29,328 nucleotides of DNA from a virus (taxonomy: Duplodnaviria; Caudoviricetes), in the IMG/VR virus record IMGVR_UViG_3300032295_002282, positions 1 to 29,328 of that record; one strand, given 5' to 3'. Of the stretch, positions 25,390 to 29,328 are shown piece after piece. Both the position numbers and the translations under genes were made by a program. Under the pieces are notes generated by a model. It saw nothing but the letters and a program-made list of their open reading frames with translations. It made no database searches and was not told where the DNA came from. Position 1 is the stretch's first letter. Each line of letters opens with the position of its first letter.

Positions 25390-25586
25390 TAATGTTGTGC
25401 GTCACCTCAAGTAACGTGGTGCACAACCATTTAATTAATAGTCAATGCACCACATATTACAATTGGTCGTATATATAGATATCCACGAGTAGGGTTGGTG
25501 AGCGAATGGATGGGTTTTACACGTTACCCTGACACTTAATGTTTCTTTACGTCCCCAACGTTAACCATTGATTAATGTAGGTGACC

Positions 25587-25799
25587 CTAATTTGGATGTA
25601 TTGGACCAGCCATATCCATTATTTGTACTTGCTTAGCAGCCATTTCATATATGGCCATTAACACTTTATCTTTCCAATCATCACCAATCATTTCTCTCCA
25701 TACATTATCATATGCATCATCAAACATTGATGCTTGTGGGTCAATTAAACCGATTTCTACTGCTAGCTTTATTGTATCAATTACTTGTGTGCTCGTCAT
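25587..25799 (-). CDS. Hypothetical early protein
   Basis: 70-aa ORF with an A-rich leader. Confidence 0.7.
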   Translation of the reverse strand: MTSTQVIDTIKLAVEIGLIDPQASMFDDAYDNVWREMIGDDWKDKVLMAIYEMAAKQVQIMDMAGPIHPN

Positions 25800-25843
25800 T
25801 AGTTAGTTGTTTTAAACGTTTATATTGGCGTTTTAAATTAATA

Positions 25844-26047
25844 TTAGTCACGTGACTCAGCCCATGATACTAAATCACTTTGTGCTTGTGCTTCAGCACG
25901 TTCTTTGGCTTGTTGTAATTCATATTGGTAAACTATATGTGCACGTCGTTCAGCTATTTGTCTTGTCATTGTTAGATGATATTGTTCATCTACATTTGTG
26001 TACATGTGCTGATTCATGTTGTAGTTACCATTGATGTTGTTATTCAT
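25844..26047 (-). CDS. Hypothetical early protein (start uncertain, probably 26047)
   Basis: Asn-rich start followed by a helical segment. The track start at 26098 overlaps the methyltransferase gene. Confidence 0.6.
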   Translation of the reverse strand: MNNNINGNYNMNQHMYTNVDEQYHLTMTRQIAERRAHIVYQYELQQAKERAEAQAQSDLVSWAESRD

Positions 26048-26069
26048 ATGTGTTGTGCTGATATTATTA

Positions 26070-26753
26070 TTAGTTATCGTTATTATTAGTTTCGCCATCT
26101 AATGCTTTGTGTTTAACACCAATGTGGAATGAACCACCATCTGCTCTTACTGCTGCACTAAATGGATAAACAAACCATTCTAAGTCAGTGTCTTTAAATG
26201 CTGCTGTTTCAGTTAATATATCAAAATACCATTGATGTTGTTGGAATACACTTTGGTGCAATACTACTCCATCAATTACATCTGTGTTAGTACTAATACT
26301 AGCAACGAATATACCATTGGGATTAAGGTTATTATAGATGTTTTTAAACAACGCATTCAAGTCATTTGGGTGAATGTGTTCAATTAATTCCCAAGCTGTT
26401 ATAAGGTCAAATTTAATTGGATCACCTGTGATGAATTCAAAGCTAAATGGCTTGGTAGCATCAGCAGTGAATAAATTCTTATTATGATATGCTGGCCAAT
26501 TTGCACGTTGGTGTTTTACACTATAATCACTACCTTCTACACCAATTGCTAAATGCCCTCTGTTGTGGTAATCAACTATCATTTGCCCACCACTGCAACC
26601 AATGTCTAGTACATTGATTTTTTTATTACTAAACCATTGTTCTGTTTGGTTAATGAATTCTTCATTTGTACTGTTGTCTCTCATTGTACCCCAAGGCATA
26701 ATGTGATCTGGTGATTCATATGCTATTGGATGTTCTGTGTTAATTTTAATCAT
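26070..26753 (-). CDS. Class I SAM-dependent methyltransferase (small-molecule or glycan type)
   Basis: Motif I VLDIGCSGG, AIGVE, ADAT, FDLITAWELIEHI, L.PNG.F. No DPPY/NPPY or PC DNA-methylase motif. Confidence 0.9.
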   Translation of the reverse strand: MIKINTEHPIAYESPDHIMPWGTMRDNSTNEEFINQTEQWFSNKKINVLDIGCSGGQMIVDYHNRGHLAIGVEGSDYSVKHQRANWPAYHNKNLFTADATKPFSFEFITGDPIKFDLITAWELIEHIHPNDLNALFKNIYNNLNPNGIFVASISTNTDVIDGVVLHQSVFQQHQWYFDILTETAAFKDTDLEWFVYPFSAAVRADGGSFHIGVKHKALDGETNNNDN

Positions 26754-26947
26754 TATGGTTTTATTTGTCGTTTAAGTGATTCTATTTGTTCTATTGCTGA
26801 TGCATAATCAGCTTGTAATTGGATGAAGTCGTGTTCTAGTTCATTGAATAATGATTCTAGTTTAGTTATGTCTTCATCTAATTGTCTTAGTGTGTCAAGC
26901 CATTCTTTACCAGCAGCTTGATCCATATTTTTTGAAGTGTTCTTCAT
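26753..26947 (-). CDS. Small coiled-coil protein
   Basis: Heptad Leu/Ile pattern. TAATG-coupled to the methyltransferase gene. Confidence 0.65.
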   Translation of the reverse strand: MKNTSKNMDQAAGKEWLDTLRQLDEDITKLESLFNELEHDFIQLQADYASAIEQIESLKRQIKP

Positions 26948-27581
26948 ATTTGTCAGTTGATTTATGTTTAAGTGTCCATTTGGTTCTAACGTTAGCGTGA
27001 AAGTCCTTTAATAAATTTAATGATTCAGCTCTTTCTTCATCATAATCTTTGAGCAATTTCATTATATCATCAAATCGTTCATTAAATACTGCTCGCCAAT
27101 GTTCTTTAGCTGCTGTAAATTTTTCAATATTAATTGTTGGTTTTACTGGTATTAAACCATTAGCTTCAATTATTCTATTATTATATTGTTTTACTGCTTC
27201 AGGCATTGGCTTACCTTGTTTCTCATAGTAACGCTGTAGTGCCTTTAAATTTTGATTATCTTTGTTTTGACGATAATTCATTCTAAAGCATTCAGCACAT
27301 TTAGTACTATAGCCTTCTTTAGCTGTTTTACTTGGATAGAAATGTTTTAATGTTTTTACTTCATTACACGTTGTACATTTTCTAGCTTTACCTTCTGGTG
27401 TTTCAAGTATTGGTGAAATAGGTTGACGTTGTATTTTATTTCTTTTATTTTTCGCCGTTATTTTCGCTTTACAGGTTTTACAAGTTTTTTCAAATTGATT
27501 TACTCTATGATATCTAGGATAGAAATCAGTTGATGGTTTTATTTCACCACATTTTCTACATTGTTGTTCTAAAATATCCAT
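26907..27581 (-). CDS. Tandem zinc-finger protein, putative DNA binder
   Basis: Two CxxC..K....FY.......CxxC units followed by a helical C-terminus. Confidence 0.75.
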   Translation of the reverse strand: MDILEQQCRKCGEIKPSTDFYPRYHRVNQFEKTCKTCKAKITAKNKRNKIQRQPISPILETPEGKARKCTTCNEVKTLKHFYPSKTAKEGYSTKCAECFRMNYRQNKDNQNLKALQRYYEKQGKPMPEAVKQYNNRIIEANGLIPVKPTINIEKFTAAKEHWRAVFNERFDDIMKLLKDYDEERAESLNLLKDFHANVRTKWTLKHKSTDKYEEHFKKYGSSCW

Positions 27582-27688
27582 TGACTAACTTTGTAAATTA
27601 GGAATAAAAACAACATATACCAAAATAATAGTTGTAAAGCATAGTTGTTAGCTATCTGTTTTTTAATCCATTCTTTTATTCGTTCCAT
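27569..27688 (-). CDS. Small single-pass membrane protein (39 aa, not in the ORF track)
   Basis: MERIKEWIKKQIANNYALQLLFWYMLFLFLIYKVSQWIF. It fills the 27581-27676 gap and overlaps both neighbours. Confidence 0.65.
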   Translation of the reverse strand: MERIKEWIKKQIANNYALQLLFWYMLFLFLIYKVSQWIF

Positions 27689-27975
27689 GGAGGTTGTTGA
27701 GTTTTAAGTGAGAATTTAGATTTGGGTTTCTGTTGGGGTTTTGCTTTCATCTCAAGTTGATGCATTTGGTAACATAATTTCTCCAACATTTGTAATTGAC
27801 CTGGTGTTACATATGGTTTTTCATTTACCCATTCTGCCATACCAGTTAGAAATTTGCTTATAAAAGCATATTCATTTGATTTCAGTTGTGATTGATATTT
27901 TTCAAACTGATCTGCTACGTGCTGATAGTAATTTTCTATTTCCTCAGTCACTTCTAGTTTAATTCTTAAGTCCAT
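27676..27975 (-). CDS. Hypothetical early protein
   Basis: 99-aa ORF in the early operon. Confidence 0.7.
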   Translation of the reverse strand: MDLRIKLEVTEEIENYYQHVADQFEKYQSQLKSNEYAFISKFLTGMAEWVNEKPYVTPGQLQMLEKLCYQMHQLEMKAKPQQKPKSKFSLKTQQPPWNE

Positions 27976-27981
27976 AACATT

Positions 27982-28257
27982 TTATTTTACTGATTTAGAT
28001 AATTCAAGCATATTGTTAAAGTGAGTTAAACCTTTACTTACATCGTGCCCTGTAATAACTTTAAATCCACGTACTACACCACTACGTTTTTCTGCTTTAT
28101 AAATCATAGCATTGCTTGCATTTAATGCTTTTTTAGCTTCTGCCATTGTTGGGAAGTAAGCAAATACGATTACTGGTTTACCATAACCTTCTACCATTTT
28201 GTCTTTAATTTTTGCTGAACGTAATTTATTATCAGCGAATTGTTTCTTTTTTTCCAT
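27982..28257 (-). CDS. Small basic protein with a NUMOD1-like HTH
   Basis: GKPV......FPTMAEAKKAL.......I pattern. First gene after the promoter at 28279-28310. Confidence 0.55.
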   Translation of the reverse strand: MEKKKQFADNKLRSAKIKDKMVEGYGKPVIVFAYFPTMAEAKKALNASNAMIYKAEKRSGVVRGFKVITGHDVSKGLTHFNNMLELSKSVK

Positions 28258-28278
28258 TGTGTTTACATTTGTTTGTTA

Positions 28279-28310
28279 TAAATATACGATGGAACCCTCA
28301 GTAAACCAAA
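28279..28310 (-). promoter_or_regulatory. Bacteroidota-type promoter for the early operon
   Basis: Minus-strand TTTG-N20-TATATTTA, ending 21 nt before ATG 28257. Confidence 0.8.
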
Positions 28311-28316
28311 TCTAAT

Positions 28317-28348
28317 TTTGGTAATCTAAAAATATTTTATTATATTTA
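28317..28348 (+). promoter_or_regulatory. Divergent Bacteroidota-type promoter on the plus strand
   Basis: TTTG (28317-28320), N20, TATATTTA (28341-28348), back to back with the early promoter. Confidence 0.7.
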
Positions 28349-28354
28349 TTAACG

Positions 28355-28684
28355 CACATAAGCACATTGTAAATAATAGCTGTGTAATAGTAAACATAAC
28401 GCTGTGAGATTCAGCATCGTCCCCATTTGTTTAACAGGGTTCCAAATGGACAAGGCGCGAACAGATACAACTGTTCAACTTGGTTTAGATTTGTTCAACT
28501 AATGGATTGAACAATGGAAGTCCAGGGTTCGAAGTTTTACTGCAACATAGCACTTGTAAATAATATTTTAACTTAGTGTTAACCAGTTCTAATGTAAGCT
28601 GCCATTTATATTTAGAATTATTCAGCTGGTTAATTACGTTTGACACATAAAGAGAGCCCCGCATTAGCGGGGCTTTCATTTTTT
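28355..28684 (+). ncRNA. Candidate structured non-coding RNA (~330 nt)
   Basis: Bounded by a promoter and a terminator. Five or more hairpins including a T-loop-type GCUG-UGAGA-UU-CAGC. Only ORFs of about 20 codons or fewer on this strand. Confidence 0.55.
28654..28684. terminator. Strong, probably bidirectional intrinsic terminator
   Basis: GAGCCCCGC-ATTA-GCGGGGCTT, followed by TCATTTTTT on plus and CTCTTTAT on minus. Lies just after the protease stop. Confidence 0.85.
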
Positions 28685-28699
28685 CTATTTTATATAGAG

Positions 28700-29328
28700 T
28701 TACTCTGCTTTAGGATGTCCTTTAGGTAGTAAATCATAATCTGTAGTATAAGCATCATTTTGAGGTCTACCATTTTTTAACAAATATAAAAATGCGTTTA
28801 CTCTAGCAAATGCCCATTGTGATGGTGATTGTACTTTAGGTGAACGAGATGTGTTATAAGCACCTAAACCACGTTGAAATACTGATTTTAAGGCACCTAC
28901 ATTCGCTTTACCATATTTGGTATTTGATTCTTTATTATTGAATTCAGATGCTTTATTTTTAAGTGTTTCTTCATCTTGTGCACTTACCTCAGCACCACGT
29001 TTACCACTTGCATCACCTTTAGCTGTACCTTCACCTTTTGGATTTGGATTAGGTGTATCTGATTTAGGTGCTTTAGGAGATGCTTTAATTCCTCCACGTT
29101 CACCTACTTCAGCAAATTTAACTGTTTCAACACCAGGAACATATTCATTTATTCTGTTTAGCTCATTCTGATTATTGTCAAAGTGTTTAGCTATTTTTAA
29201 TCGTCTTACAGTGTCATACTTTAATGCGCCACCTGTAAAATAAATGTTGTTACGTGGTATTTCTAATTTATCAGCTATTTTATATACTTCATCAGACATA
29301 TTTTTTTGTCTGCGAGTAATGATATAAA
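28700..29328 (-). CDS. 3' part of the multidomain prohead protease (end of the HAD-like domain, a linker, and a C-terminal RG.GAY...QWAFARVNAFL domain)
   Basis: The track start 29299 equals position 94, which is 402 codons downstream of ATG 1300 in the same frame. Stop at 28700-28702. Confidence 0.9.
   Translation of the reverse strand, partial: YIITRRQKNMSDEVYKIADKLEIPRNNIYFTGGALKYDTVRRLKIAKHFDNNQNELNRINEYVPGVETVKFAEVGERGGIKASPKAPKSDTPNPNPKGEGTAKGDASGKRGAEVSAQDEETLKNKASEFNNKESNTKYGKANVGALKSVFQRGLGAYNTSRSPKVQSPSQWAFARVNAFLYLLKNGRPQNDAYTTDYDLLPKGHPKAE
29206..29328. repeat. Terminal direct repeat, right copy (circular-assembly overlap)
   Basis: Identical to 1-123. Confidence 0.97.

Noticed and set aside
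25219-25392. Repeat-spacer pattern suggesting a mini-CRISPR or TIGR-like array
   Set aside because: Only two short boxes 20 nt apart are conserved in all three copies, and they fit a promoter consensus. The period is irregular (62, 74), and no cas or Nop-domain gene is present.
28523-28542. GGTTCGA as a tRNA T-arm
   Set aside because: I could not build a cloverleaf, D-arm or acceptor stem around it. It is kept only as part of the ncRNA candidate.
28485-28679. 64-aa minus-strand ORF
   Set aside because: It starts in and runs through the terminator hairpin and has no protein-like motif. The plus-strand RNA explains the region better, although the ORF is not formally excluded.
2139-29171. Plus-strand track ORFs (2139, 2877, 3659, 7973, 13167, 13581, 16870, 17089, 19544, 23183, 23505, 24968, 25852, 28917)
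   Set aside because: Antisense shadows of well-supported minus-strand genes or of control regions, with no recognisable motifs or expression signals.
29206-29328. Biological direct terminal repeat
   Set aside because: It falls mid-gene and the frame is restored on circularisation, as expected for an assembler overlap.
1-29328. Stop-codon reassignment as seen in some Bacteroidota phages
   Set aside because: The standard code gives full-length genes and near-complete coding density, and TAG and TGA both act as plausible stops.

Overview
The window looks like a complete, circularly assembled ~29.2 kb tailed-phage genome (Caudoviricetes, probably siphovirus-like). Bases 1-123 are repeated exactly at 29206-29328, so the unit length is 29,205 bp. 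The host is probably Bacteroidota, based on TTTG-N20-TAnnTTTA promoters, AT-rich starts without Shine-Dalgarno sites, and DUF5977-type repeats. All credible genes are on the minus strand. The order is: small early genes with a SAM methyltransferase, a promoter- and hairpin-rich non-coding control region, an ECF-like sigma factor, terminase, a frameshifting tail-chaperone pair, a fibre protein, scaffold, major capsid, tail tube, portal, neck and tail genes, tape measure, and a ~601-aa prohead protease that spans the contig join. The ORF track misses the protease part of that gene. I recognise no replication, integration or lysis gene. The most notable items are: (i) a lone plus-strand transcription unit of ~330 nt with its own promoter and terminator, many hairpins and a T-loop motif, which is a candidate novel structured ncRNA; (ii) three tandem host promoters facing nested terminators and small RNAs or peptides upstream of the sigma gene; (iii) a GGTTATAW putative phage-sigma late promoter; (iv) a HAD phosphatase-like domain fused inside the prohead protease; and (v) strong [S/T]-[G/A/S]-S enrichment largely confined to virion proteins, suggesting a surface-modification sequon. 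Family names come from motif recognition by eye, not from database searches.
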